From the human T2T-CHM13v2.0 reference genome, Homo sapiens: 64,000 bases of DNA. This document shows positions 17,342-33,015 of this stretch, in pieces. Where the stretch lies: assembly GCF_009914755.1 (NCBI RefSeq), contig NC_060927.1. One strand, given 5' to 3'. The notes beneath the pieces were generated by a model that was not told the origin of the DNA, did not search any database, and worked only from the letters and a program-made list of their open reading frames with translations. Position numbers and translations under genes: made by a program. Within the stretch, counting starts at the first letter, position 1; each line of letters starts with the position of its first letter.

Positions 17342-18252
17342 GTAAGAATGTTTCTGGCCTCTTTCATCACAGACCTCCTACACTGATATAAACTATATGA
17401 AGGCATTCATTATTAACTAAGGCCTAGACACAGGGAGAAAGCAAAGCTTTTTTATGTTAACCATAAGCAACCTGAGGTGATTTGGGGTTGGTCTTCCAAG
17501 GATGAGTGTAGATGGTGCCTCTATAACCAAGACTTTGGCTTTGCTGCATCTGCAGCTCCTTTTCCATCCCCTTTCCCATCTTCACCCTCATCCCTATTCC
17601 CAGTACATTCATATTCTGATTCCTCTTTCTGTCTGCTTAACTTCCATTTCACCCAGTGGCATTCAACCACATTTACTGCACACCCCCTGAAAGGCTCAGT
17701 CCTGCCTTTGGGGAACTCTTGATCTAGGTAAGATGTCTAATGTGCAAGGCTCTGTTGGTGGTTACTACAAGAAAGTCTACTCTAAAAATGTCAAACTGAA
17801 TGTGAACAAGTATTCAAAGTATGGAGCATAGAGAAAATATACTCACCGTGGACCTGATGAAGAATGAAGGCTTCAAGGAGGAGGCAGAGCTTCAGCTAGG
17901 CCTTGAATGATGGGTAGGCAGAATAGAGGAGGAGAGACATCCTAGATGGAGGGGGTAGAATTGCAAAACCAGGGTTGATGGTGCCAGCACATAAAGGGCT
18001 GGCAGGGTGGAGGGTCTATGATAGAGACCTATAGGAGATAAAGATAGAGTTGAAATTATGGGAGCCTCCATGTCTGTGGGAGATATAGAAGGAAGAGGTA
18101 ACACCTCTCTCCTTTTGGGAGCTCTTATTGGTTTCTTGATCTATAAGTCAAGAAGGTTGTGAGTGGGAGCCACAGGGATGGTAATTTAGGCTGTAACCAA
18201 CCTAGGCAGGAGTTCTGTTCTTTGTAGTCACTGAGGTCTTCTCATTCCTTAG

Positions 18253-18773
18253 GTCTTATTGGTCCTAAGGGAGACATCGGTGAAACCGGAGTACCCGGGG
18301 CTGAAGGTCCCCGAGGCTTTCCGGGAATCCAAGGCAGGAAAGGAGAACCTGGAGAAGGTGCCTATGTATACCGCTCAGCATTCAGTGTGGGATTGGAGAC
18401 TTACGTTACTATCCCCAACATGCCCATTCGCTTTACCAAGATCTTCTACAATCAGCAAAACCACTATGATGGCTCCACTGGTAAATTCCACTGCAACATT
18501 CCTGGGCTGTACTACTTTGCCTACCACATCACAGTCTATATGAAGGATGTGAAGGTCAGCCTCTTCAAGAAGGACAAGGCTATGCTCTTCACCTATGATC
18601 AGTACCAGGAAAATAATGTGGACCAGGCCTCCGGCTCTGTGCTCCTGCATCTGGAGGTGGGCGACCAAGTCTGGCTCCAGGTGTATGGGGAAGGAGAGCG
18701 TAATGGACTCTATGCTGATAATGACAATGACTCCACCTTCACAGGCTTTCTTCTCTACCATGACACCAACTGA
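18253..18773 (+). CDS. ADIPOQ: Adiponectin coding exon 3 (rest of Gly-X-Y repeats and globular C1q domain)
   Basis: Acceptor CCTTAG ending 18252; encodes ...GEGAYVYRSAFSVGLETYVTIPNMPIRFTKIFYNQQNHYD...FTGFLLYHDTN*; 214+521=735 nt = 244 aa plus stop. Confidence 0.98.
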
Positions 18774-18881
18774 TCACCACTAACTCAGAGCCTCCTCCAG
18801 GCCAAACAGCCCCAAAGTCAATTAAAGGCTTTCAGTACGGTTAGGAAGTTGATTATTATTTAGTTGGAGGCCTTTAGATAT

Positions 18882-19200
18882 TATTCATTCATTTACTCAT
18901 TCATTTATTCATTCATTCATCAAGTAACTTTAAAAAAATCATATGCTATGTTCCCAGTCCTGGGGAGCTTCACAAACATGACCAGATAACTGACTAGAAA
19001 GAAGTAGTTGACAGTGCTATTTTGTGCCCACTGTCTCTCCTGATGCTCATATCAATCCTATAAGGCACAGGGAACAAGCATTCTCCTGTTTTTACAGATT
19101 GTATCCTGAGGCTGAGAGAGTTAAGTGAATGTCTAAGGTCACACAGTATTAAGTGACAGTGCTAGAAATCAAACCCAGAGCTGTGGACTTTGTTCACTAG
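18882..19200. mobile_element. (ATTC)n L2-type tail plus MIR remnant in the proximal 3'UTR
   Basis: ATTCATTC repeats; MIR-like core TTTTACAGA...GAGGCTGAGAGAGTTAAGTGA...AAGGTCACACAG. Confidence 0.6.
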
Positions 19201-19528
19201 ACTGTGCCCTTTTATAGAGGTACATGTTCTCTTTGGAGTGTTGGTAGGTGTCTGTTTCCCACCTCACCTGAGAGCCATTGAATTTGCCTTCCTCATGAAT
19301 TAAAACCTCCCCCAAGCAGAGCTTCCTCAGAGAAAGTGGTTCTATGATGAAGTCCTGTCTTGGAAGGACTACTACTCAATGGCCCCTGCACTACTCTACT
19401 TCCTCTTACCTATGTCCCTTCTCATGCCTTTCCCTCCAACGGGGAAAGCCAACTCCATCTCTAAGTGCTGAACTCATCCCTGTTCCTCAAGGCCACCTGG
19501 CCAGGAGCTTCTCTGATGTGATATCCAC

Positions 19529-19820
19529 TTTTTTTTTTTTTTGAGATGGAGTCTCACTCTGTCACCCAGGCTGGAGTACAGTGACACGACCTCGGCTCAC
19601 TGCAGCCTCCTTCTCCTGGGTCCAAGCAATTATTGTGCCTCAGCCTCCCGAGTAGCTGAGACTTCAGGTGCATTCCACCACACATGGCTAATTTTTGTAT
19701 TTTTAGTAGAAATGGGGTTTCGTCATGTTGGCCAGGCTGGTCTCGAACTCCTGGCCTAGGTGATCCACCCGCCTCGACCTCCCAAAGTGCTGGGATTACA
19801 GGCATGAGCCACCATGCCCA
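19529..19820 (-). mobile_element. Antisense Alu in the ADIPOQ 3'UTR
   Basis: Poly-T plus Alu dimer. Confidence 0.92.
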
Positions 19821-20414
19821 GTCGATATCTCACTTTTTATTTTGCCATGGATGAGAGTCCTGGGTGTGAGGAACACCTCCCACCAGGCTAGAGGCAACTG
19901 CCCAGGAAGGACTGTGCTTCCGTCACCTCTAAATCCCTTGCAGATCCTTGATAAATGCCTCATGAAGACCAATCTCTTGAATCCCATATCTACCCAGAAT
20001 TAACTCCATTCCAGTCTCTGCATGTAATCAGTTTTATCCACAGAAACATTTTCATTTTAGGAAATCCCTGGTTTTAAGTATCAATCCTTGTTCAGCTGGA
20101 CAATATGAATCTTTTCCACTGAAGTTAGGGATGACTGTGATTTTCAGAACACGTCCAGAATTTTTCATCAAGAAGGTAGCTTGAGCCTGAAATGCAAAAC
20201 CCATGGAGGAATTCTGAAGCCATTGTCTCCTTGAGTACCAACAGGGTCAGGGAAGACTGGGCCTCCTGAATTTATTATTGTTCTTTAAGAATTACAGGTT
20301 GAGGTAGTTGATGGTGGTAAACATTCTCTCAGGAGACAATAACTCCAGTGATGTTTTTCAAAGATTTTAGCAAAAACAGAGTAAATAGCATTCTCTATCA
20401 ATATATAAATTTAA

Positions 20415-20812
<398 letters not shown>

Positions 20813-21749
20813 TAGAGAGGGATGAAGAGGTGAGAGTAAGCCTTGTGTTAGTCAGAACTCTGTGTTGTGAATGTCATTCACAACAGAAAACCCAAAATAT
20901 TATGCAAACTACTGTAAGCAAGAAAAATAAAGGAAAAATGGAAACATTTATTCCTTTGCATAATAGAAATTACCAGAGTTGTTCTGTCTTTAGATAAGGT
21001 TTGAACCAAAGCTCAAAACAATCAAGACCCTTTTCTGTATGTCCTTCTGTTCTGCCTTCCGCAGTGTAGGCTTTACCCTCAGGTGCTACACAGTATAGTT
21101 CTAGGGTTTCCCTCCCGATATCAAAAAGACTGTGGCCTGCCCAGCTCTCGTATCCCCAAGCCACACCATCTGGCTAAATGGACATCATGTTTTCTGGTGA
21201 TGCCCAAAGAGGAGAGAGGAAGCTCTCTTTCCCAGATGCCCCAGCAAGTGTAACCTTGCATCTCATTGCTCTGGCTGAGTTGTGTGCCTGTTTCTGACCA
21301 ATCACTGAGTCAGGAGGATGAAATATTCATATTGACTTAATTGCAGCTTAAGTTAGGGGTATGTAGAGGTATTTTCCCTAAAGCAAAATTGGGACACTGT
21401 TATCAGAAATAGGAGAGTGGATGATAGATGCAAAATAATACCTGTCCACAACAAACTCTTAATGCTGTGTTTGAGCTTTCATGAGTTTCCCAGAGAGACA
21501 TAGCTGGAAAATTCCTATTGATTTTCTCTAAAATTTCAACAAGTAGCTAAAGTCTGGCTATGCTCACAGTCTCACATCTGGTTGGGGTGGGCTCCTTACA
21601 GAACACGCTTTCACAGTTACCCTAAACTCTCTGGGGCAGGGTTATTCCTTTGTGGAACCAGAGGCACAGAGACAGTCAACTGAGGCCAAAAGAGGCCTGA
21701 GAGAAACTGAGGTCAAGATTTCAGGATTAATGGTCCTGTGATGCTTTGA

Positions 21750-23480
21750 AGTACAATTGTGGATTTGTCCAATTCTCTTTAGTTCTGTCAGCTTTTGCTT
21801 CATATATTTTAGCGCTCTATTATTAGATATATACATGTTTAGTATTATGTCTTATTGGTGCATTTACTCTCTTATCATTATGTAATGTCCTTCTTTATCT
21901 GTGATAATTTTCTGTGTTCTGAAGTCTACTTTGTCTAAAAATAACATACGCACTCAACTTCCTTTTCTTTCTTCCTTCCTTTCTTTCTTCCTTCCTTTCT
22001 TTCTCTCTCTCTCTTTCCTTCCTTCCTTCCTCCTTTTCTTTCTCTCTCTCTCTCTCTCTCTTTTTTTGACAGACTCTCGTTCTGTGGCCCTGGCTGGAGT
22101 TCAGTGGTGTGATCTTGGCTCACTGCTACCTCTACCATGAGCAATTCTCCTGCCTCAGCCTCCCAAGTAGCTGGAACTACAGGCTCATGCCACTGCGCCC
22201 AGCTAATTTTTGTATTTTTCGTAGAGACGGGGTTTCACCACATTCGTCAGGTTGGTTTCAAACTCCTGACTTTGTGATCCACCCGCCTCGGCCTCCCAAA
22301 GTGCTGGGATTACAGGCATGAGCCATCACACCTGGTCAACTTTCTTTTGATTAGTGTTTTTGTGGTATATCTTTTTCCATCATGTTACTTTAAATATATC
22401 TATATTATTGTATTTAAAATGTGTTTCTTACAGACTGCATGTAGTTGGGTATAATTTTTATCCAGTCTAAAAATATCTGTCTTTTAATTGGTGTTTAGAC
22501 AATTTATATTTAATAAAATTGTTGAATTTAAGATGGATGACTGTTTTATTTGTTTGCTGTTCACCACTTCTGTTTTATTCTCTTTCCAGAATTCTTTTGG
22601 ATTGTTTAAATATTTCATAATATTTTATCTTAATTTATTTATTGGGTATTTGCCTATATCTCTTTGTGGTATTTTTTAGTGGTTGCTTGAGGGATTACAA
22701 TGTACTTAACTTTTCACAGTGTGCATAAAGTTAATATTTTGCCACTTGCAGTAAACCGTAGAAGGCTTATAATCATATTAGTACCTCTATCCACTTTCTT
22801 TTATGTTGTAGTTGTCATATATATTACATCTATATACACTGAAACATTATAGGCAATGTTATGATTTTTGCATTCGTCAGTCATATATATATTTTAAAGA
22901 ATTTAAGAGGAGAAAAATACATATTCAGATATTCATCATTTCCTTTGTTCTTTATTAATTTCTAATGTTCTATGTTTCTCTCTGGTGTAATTTCTCCTCA
23001 ACCTGAAAAACTTTATTGAGCATTTATTTTAAAGCAAGTCTGTTGATGATGAATTCTCTTAGTTTTTCTTCATCTGAGAATGCCTTCATCTTTTCTACAT
23101 TCCTGAAATATATTTTTACTGGATATAGAATTCTCAGTTGACAGTTCTTTCTTCTAGCATTTTATTTTATTTAGTTTATTTTTTTCAGTGCATTAAAGAT
23201 GTTTCTGTCTTCTGGGACCCATGGTGTGTGTGTATATATATATATATTTTTTTCTCTTTATCTCAAAGGCTCTATGGTTTCAGATGAGAAACCTGCAGTC
23301 ATAGTTTTCCCTTATGTGTAATTTATAATTTTTTCTTCCAGCTGCTTTCAAGATGCTTTCTTTACCTCTGATTTTCAATAGTTTGATTATGATGTGTCTG
23401 GGTGTTTTCAACTTTCACCCATTTTAGGGTTCATTAAACTTCTTGAATCTATAAATATAGGTCTTTCAGCAAATTTAGGA
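21750..23480 (-). mobile_element. Old L1 remnant spanning the ADIPOQ 3' end, interrupted by an Alu at ~21960-22335
   Basis: Minus-strand peptide MYISNNRALKYMKQKLTELK resembles the L1 ORF2 endonuclease segment (IYAPNN..KYMKQKLTEL). Confidence 0.75.
22512..22517 (+). terminator. ADIPOQ: Distal poly(A) signal of ADIPOQ
   Basis: AATAAA followed ~25 nt later by GT/T-rich TGTTTTATTTGTTTG; gives the known ~4.5 kb mRNA. Confidence 0.8.
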
Positions 23481-24021
23481 CATTTTCTGCAGACATTTTT
23501 TATTTTTATTTTTGAGATTTGAGTGTTGCTATGTTGCCCAGGCTGGTCTCAAACTTCTGGGCTCAAGTAATCCTCCTGCCTTGGCTTCCCAAAGTGCTGA
23601 GATTATAGGTCTGAGCCACTGGATTTTCTCACCCTCAGAACTGTGAGCCAACAAATTTCTGTTCTTTATAAATTGCCCAGTCTGTGGTATTCTGCTATAG
23701 CAGCACAAAATGGGCTAAGATACTGGGCCGACCAGATTCCTCCAGGAATACGAATTAGGATGGATGTAAAACATGCAGATTCAGGACTCATGGGTCCTTC
23801 TGCCCTGCAGTGTAGAACAAGAAGAGGCCCAGCTGTGAGAAAGGTAGAGGCTTTGAGAGAAACAGAATTGAAAGTCAGAGAGAGAGAGAGAGAGAGAGAT
23901 CTTGGATGCTTTCTACTTTTTGGTTCAGTCCTTCCTGAGATTTAACTATATCCCAACCCACGGGGGCCGTAAGACACCAGTTCCTGTATTTTTATGCCAT
24001 CTCTCCTTTTAATGTGAGTTA

Positions 24022-24358
<337 letters not shown>

Positions 24359-25231
24359 GTACACAGGGTTGGAAATTAAACTGTGACTGTGCCCAGGCAC
24401 CAAGCTCAGGCTCAGTTAGGAAGAAAACTTGGCAACAGGATAATAGAGTCAAGTCATTAGGCACCCATAAGATTACACCTAAAACCCTAGCTTCACTTAC
24501 ATGTATTTTATTAGCAATTAACCTCCTAGCTTAGAAATCCCTTGTGGACAGAGACTTTGTATTTCATCTTTGAATTCTTTACAAAGATCATTGATTTATT
24601 CAGTAAATATTTATTGTCTATTTTATACTGGGTACATCATAATCTTAAAAATAGAAATAATAATATAATTATCATTTTGAAGTAGCTGCTTGAAATACAT
24701 TATTTTATTTACTCTTTACAACATCTTGTACATTAAATATCATTGACCCCATTGTTAGATAAGAAAACTGAAGCTTAGAGAAGATAATTAACTGGCTCAA
24801 AGCTGCAGCTAGTAAATTGTAGAGCAAAGATTCATAGCCAGAGCTGCCTGATACCAAAAGCTATGCTGTTATGAAAAATAAACCCCAATTTCATTGGACT
24901 TTTTTTCTTTATAGTTTCAAGACATTGGGGGATAGAGTTATACAACCTGTAGCCTTAATGTTAGCAATCCTGTAAATACCGGTAATGGAAGAACTTGCCT
25001 TTGTAAAATGAGTCATTCAATTTGTTATGTGGCAGAAAGTCCGGTTGTTTAAAGAAAATATGATGAAATGTCTCACTCATCTTTCACGTGGGCAAGTTCT
25101 GAGGACTGCACTGAGGTTCTTTGTAGTGTGGTGCTAGAAAATAAGGGCCTTCCAAAATAGTTTGTTCATGCCAGCTGAAATAGCTTAAGTCAATGCTCAA
25201 CCTTTCTTTATCTAAAAAATTCTATAACTTA

Positions 25232-25546
<315 letters not shown>

Positions 25547-26814
25547 CTATAACTTAAAGATAGAATGTTATTTCCCTGGTATGATAAAGAATAACAAATT
25601 GTAAATAATATCCAACATTATAATTAATAGCAAAACACTAAATAAATCCCCATTAAAATTGGTACAAAACAAGGATGCTTGCTTTCACCATTCTAACTTT
25701 AACAATGTTCTGGGAAATTCCGTTGATTTGTCCTCTTATCTTTGAACTTCCTCTTGTTTTATTTTATTCATGTTCTTATCACAGTCTTCCAAAAACAGGA
25801 ATTCATGGAGAGTTTTGTGGGTTTTTCTAAATTTTGGTATATATATACATATATATAGCAAATATAGATAATGTATGTATAGCAAATATATTTATATATA
25901 TATATTACATATATATATATTTCCCAGACTGGGTTCTTGGCATGTTGTTCATTTCTTTTTTTTGTTGCTTTTCTGTAGTATACCTGGCTGATCCAGCTTG
26001 CTTGTGTTGAACGTGGGTCTTTCTAGACTTTGTTTGCTCTGATACAGTGAGCATGACTGCCATCTCTGATACTTGCATGTCTCACCTCCCAGCCACAGAG
26101 CAAGAGCTGAAATCTCATTTTCTTTCCACTTTTCCGAGATGGAAGGAAGAGAGAATAGAAGCAGACTCTGGGGATTGTGCAGCCTTTGTTGGGTAACCTG
26201 GCTTTTACTCTCTCTTCTAAAATGCTGTTAAATGTTTGGTACCACAAATTAACCCATCTCGTTGGCCATGCATCCTATTCCCATGGTGGAATACCTCTAG
26301 GTCCACAGGTTCCTAGTAACCCCTAGGAACCATCAGCTCTTCCACAGAGATCTTGAGATATGCTAGTTTGTACTCTGACAGGAGTCTGTACTCTGACAGG
26401 TTTTTTCTAGACTTTTCCTTGGGATACTTACTTACCTGTTGAGTCTTCTTTGCCCCAGGTTGAGGAGAACTCACAGGAATTTGTCCAATCCTCTTCTTTT
26501 TAGTATAGTCTTGGTGGGTGGGAGGCTACAGTGATATTAGAAGCCTTGCCATGCTCTGGCAGAATCTTTTGTTTCCTTCCTCAATAGCCATGTTTTGAAG
26601 TCTGTGACTTGTCATTACACCCTTTTCTTATATTTTGCTTCTGGTGAATTTTCAGGGGTGTTAATGTTTTTCTTTTTTGATGGTCATTTGAAAGAGCACA
26701 CAGGTGAGACTGTATAAGATTTTTAAAAACAGTAATTTAGGTGGGATAGGCAGCTAACCTTGCTAGGTACTGAAAACATATTACAAAATCATAGCAGTTA
26801 AAACAGAGTATCCT

Positions 26815-27117
26815 GGCTCAGGCGCGGTGGCTCAAGCTTGTAATTTCAGCACTTAGGGAGGCCGAGGTGGGTGGATCACTTGAAGTCAGGAGTTCGAGAC
26901 CAGCCTGGCCAACATGGTGAAACCCTGTCTCTACTAAAAACACAAAAATTAGCCGGGCTTGGTGGACATGCCTGTAGTCCCAGCTACTCAGGAGGCCGAG
27001 GCAGGACAATTGCTTGAACCTGGGAAGTGGAGGCTGCAGTGAGCTGAGAATGTGCTGCCGCACTCCAGCCTGAGCAACAGAGTGAGACTCTATTTCAAAC
27101 CCCCACCGCGCCCCCCC
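26815..27117 (+). mobile_element. Alu with C-rich tail
   Basis: Alu dimer; TSD AAAACAGAGTATCC. Confidence 0.9.
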
Positions 27118-27825
27118 AAAACAGAGTATCCCTAGCATAAGAATAGACAGACAGGTTAATGAAAGATAAGAGTGACCAGAATTAGACCCTAAGATATGTG
27201 GAACTTTAATATGTGATAAAAGATTTATGCACTTTAGTTATTTAGAAAAAAAGGAACACTCTTGGCCTCTTCCTCATATATACTTGAAAAATATTGCAAA
27301 TAGATCAAGTAGTTAAATTAAGGGTGAAAAATGAACCCATAAAAAACCACTCTAAAAGTATATAAAAATGGCTACTGAGTCCCTAGATCAGAGGGGAGAC
27401 CTTCTAAGTTTAAAATAAGAGAAGAAGCAAAAGAAGAAACATAAATAGATGTGACGACATAAAACTTTAAATTTCAAGGCTTTATAAAAAATGGCCAAAA
27501 TTACAAGGCAATCAGCAAACCTGAATGCGGGAGGTACTAAAAATTCCTTGACCAGGGGAGTCCTTTGACACAGGGTTTTGTTTGTTTGTTTGTTTTTGTG
27601 ACGGTGTTAAGGATAAGAAAGGAACAAGACAAGCAAGCAAGGTGAGGCTTGCCCTAGGTCAACCTCTAGTGTTCATGGAGAGGAAGCTGTAAATTGTGAG
27701 GACTAGGTTCAGGAGTGGTTGCTAGGGAGGAGGTAGCCTGTGGCTGAGCTGGGAAAAGTTGCAGCAGAACCACTGCCCTTACAAGAGGTAAGTGCAAGTC
27801 ACTTGGGGTGACCTAAGACAGAACT

Positions 27826-28935
<1,110 letters not shown>

Positions 28936-31876
28936 TTTTTTTTTTTAAATTGGAATCATCCTGAACATCTATTGTTTGGCCCGCCTTTTCAAATGATTTG
29001 AATGCTTTTCTACACCACAAAATATAATTTTCAAATGTGTTGTCTTTCAAATGTGATTTGTATGTGGATGCATAATGTTTCCTTATATGGATGTCACTGT
29101 CATTTATTTGAGCAATGTTTATGCCTAGAAATGAGACTTGTTGGCAATGTGTATATAGTTGGAGCAAAATGTCTGAGTACTTTGAAAAATGGTGTCAGAG
29201 CCCAAATGACTTGGACATCTCCACTCTGAGCCAACTGGCTCAGTGTTAGTCACAACTGGAAAAGGGAGATGGAGAGAATGCCTCACAGACTCATGAATGT
29301 GTTTGTATGATGTTATTAACAGAGTAAATTATAAAATCCAGACCTACAAAAGGTCAACTATTTCGTATAATTTGAGCTTGTAGAAAACTTCCTGAATATT
29401 CCACTGCTGCACACACACACCTGTTAACTGGCTGAGGTTTGGCAAAGGCAAATCAGTGTTAAGAGTTGAAGTAGCAGCTCTTTCTCAGATTCACACATTC
29501 CTTTTCACTTATTGGAAACAAGATATTATCTGACTCCTAGTGTTGCTTACTTGGCAGGCACCTTTCAGTAAATATGAATACATTAAATCTCAGCCTTAAA
29601 GACAAAGACCTTACTGTCTTCCTAATTCATGACAAAAATCACAGCCATAAAATAGAAAGAATGAATTCTGGTATTCAGCTGAAGAAAAAGTTTGACTGAG
29701 TTGCTTTCCCACCCTGGAAAACTTTCTCTCAGAATAATTTCATGATGGATGATTCTGTGAGGAATGAAACAATGCTGTATCATTGCTATAAATGCTGTAA
29801 TGTCTGCATGCCAAACTGCTTTCAATTAGTGTTTTCTCTGGAAACTGGAAAGTATGACACAGTCGAGGCATTAGCATGCCCATTTTCTTCAGTAATAAAA
29901 AGAAAGGATACTGAGCGGAACTCAGGTGTGATAGAGATTTGAGGTATTTCCAAGTGACGCTTGCCTGACACTCTGTTAAATAAAATTAAAAAGAAAAAAA
30001 TAAAAGCAAAAAAGATCTCTCTAAGTGGTATGGCATGATTTCTCAGCTACAGCAAAAGAAGCTACCATTATACCCTGCCTTTTCCTCCATCTTGTCTAGA
30101 GAACCTAGACGTATAAACTCATAATTTCCTTTTAACTTAATAAAAATTTATAAAATAGGATACAGGAGTTAAGAGGGGGGATGGTTTAGGGTGATGGAAA
30201 TGTCAGGAGGTCTTTGTGTTGGGGATGACATTTGAACTAGGTCTTGCTAAACTGAGGAATAAAGGAAGATATTCCATTTATAGTGAAGAGCAGATGCAAT
30301 GTCAAAAAACAAACAAAACATAAATAAGTTGATAAGGCAAGGTGAGAAGTTCAGTGTGGCTGAGAAAAAAAATATGCAAGACAAAAGGTCAGAGATAAAG
30401 TTGAGTGTGGCCAAGCAAAGCAGATAGGGTAGAAAGTATCTGGACTTCATCTTTCCATGACGGAGGCCAACAAAGAACTTTTAAGCAGGAGCAAAATATG
30501 ACCAGATTGACATTATGTCAAGGTCACCTGCTGGAGTTACTGATAATTGGAAGATATTTGTTATTGGTCCCAGTAAAGGAAGACAAAAGCAGTGGTAATT
30601 GAATTGAAGACTCAATCCTGGAGAAATTTCTGTGTTAGAATTATACAGTTAGGATATAAAATGATAGACCACTGTTTAATTCCATTGGAATGTGGGTATG
30701 AGCCAGGTGAAAGTATGAGTGTGTGTCAGGTGGAGGTGGGAGACTTGGCCGCTACGCTCAGAGAATAAACAGACACAGAGTTTGCCACATACCTCTATCC
30801 TATCAGATGGGGGCTGTGCTCTTGAGAAAGTGGTGGATATGTCAGTCCATTCAGGAAAATCCTCTGTGACCTCCCTCACATTTGAACAATTGAAATTACG
30901 GGAAGAGTGCTTTCTCTTAGGAAGTCCACTTTATTAAATGTGCCCTCTGGATGCTACGTTTGTATTGAGAATTAGTGCTTTTTAGTTCATTTATTTTGTC
31001 ATCTTAGATTTTCATGCTGTTCTGCGAGTTATCTTAGCAAAGGGCTCTCTGTAGGTTGAGGGATGATGTTATGAATAGTCGGGGTGAGGTACTTAGAATT
31101 TATATAACTACAAGCCTTATGAAAGTGTCTTCTGAGGCCGGTGGAAGCCTTTTGATGAAGACCTTTCAGGGGTTGATCACAACCAGTAAGAACCTGGTTC
31201 TCCAATTATGATGATATTTCTGATTTACTTTTCAGCCTATCCAAGCAAATGTTCAGGTCAATTAGGGTTTCTCAGAAAGGGGCAGGAAGTGCATACAGCA
31301 GTCAGGCAGATTATCCAGACGTACCACTTCCCTTTGTCAGCTTATCACTGAGTCTGGCTTCCTCCTTGATTGGGTAAACATCCTTTTCTTACCCCTGTTT
31401 TTCCCCAAAATCAGCACTTTCCTAATGATTTCCTGTTTCTGAGCAAAATCTTCCATAAATCAAACATGAAATCAAGCAGGATAAATTAGTAAGGCCAGCC
31501 ATGGAGAGACAAGGTGAAGTCCTACAATTTGTCTGGGGTATGGAAAGTTCAAGAATTAGAAGGGGGTGCCATATCCAGGACACACAGCCTGCTATCCCTT
31601 CCTTCTGCTCAGGGCTGTGTGTCATGATAGGAGACACTGATAGGCAAAAAGATCTCCATGAAAGTTAACTAAGATTAGAAATAAACATTTGTCATTTAAG
31701 AGCGTCAGATAACTTCTAATTAGTATAGTGCTTATATCCAAGGTTGCAGGATAAAAATGCTTCACAGTGAATACATTTCTACTACTTTCTTTATATGACT
31801 GGCAATTTTTTTCCTTGAGCCACTGACAATTTTATCAGGGGAAGAGTTTTCTTCTAGTGATCATAACTTTGATAGC

Positions 31877-32229
31877 TGTCTTAGTCCATTTTATGCTGCT
31901 AAGTAGAATACCTGAGACTGAGTAATTTATAAAGAATAGTCCAAGATCACGGTGCTGGCATTTGGTGAGGGGCTGGTTTCTGCCTGCAAGATGGCGCCTT
32001 GCGTGCTCCATCCTTCAGACGGGAGGAACGCGATGTCCTCACATGGCAGAAGAGCAGAAGAGAGGAAACCTGCTCCAACAAGCTTTTCTTAATAACGGCA
32101 TTCATTAATTCATTAGGGAAGAGCCCTCATGACTTAAATACCTTCCAAAAGACCCTACCTCTCCACACTGTTGCATTGGGGATTGAGTTTCCAACACATA
32201 AATTTGGGGGATACATTCAGACCATAACA
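31877..32229 (-). mobile_element. MaLR solo LTR (MST-like)
   Basis: TGTCTTAGTCC...CATTCAGACCATAACA; 5-bp TSD ATAGC at 31872-31876 and 32230-32234. Confidence 0.8.
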
Positions 32230-32302
32230 ATAGCTTAGTTTTTGATATGCCAAATATCTTTTTCAAAAAATGTTTTCGTTACATTGTTCACATTATTTGC
32301 TA

Positions 32303-32455
<153 letters not shown>

Positions 32456-32528
32456 TTATATTATATATCATAAACTGGTGTCTCCTAGGAGAACTTATGA
32501 TGAATTCAAACTGTGTTAGTTTATGTAA

Positions 32529-32850
<322 letters not shown>

Positions 32851-33015
32851 TAATCTTTTCTTAAGACTGCAATGTATTAAAATCTGTAAAACTAAATTTT
32901 TCACGGGGTTAAGATGAACACTTTACTTGGACCCTTTTCTGTAACAATAGAAATAAAAGTGATTCTGTCAGTTTTCTTGATTATTAAACACATTGAACAA
33001 AAACTTTGTTTTGTT

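Larger units (their letters stand above)
15955..20200 (-). ncRNA. ADIPOQ-AS1: Probable region of antisense lncRNA ADIPOQ-AS1 (bounds uncertain)
   Basis: Based on recall that an antisense lncRNA overlaps ADIPOQ exons 2-3; the only sequence support is a minus-strand ATTAAA at 15972-15977. Confidence 0.35.

Noticed and set aside
18387-18773. Stand-alone 128-aa C1q ORF
   Set aside because: Internal part of exon 3 called from a GTG; not a separate gene
28940-31870. Repeat-poor block as a hidden exon or gene
   Set aside because: No convincing ORF, splice pattern or RNA motif; a regulatory role cannot be judged without conservation data
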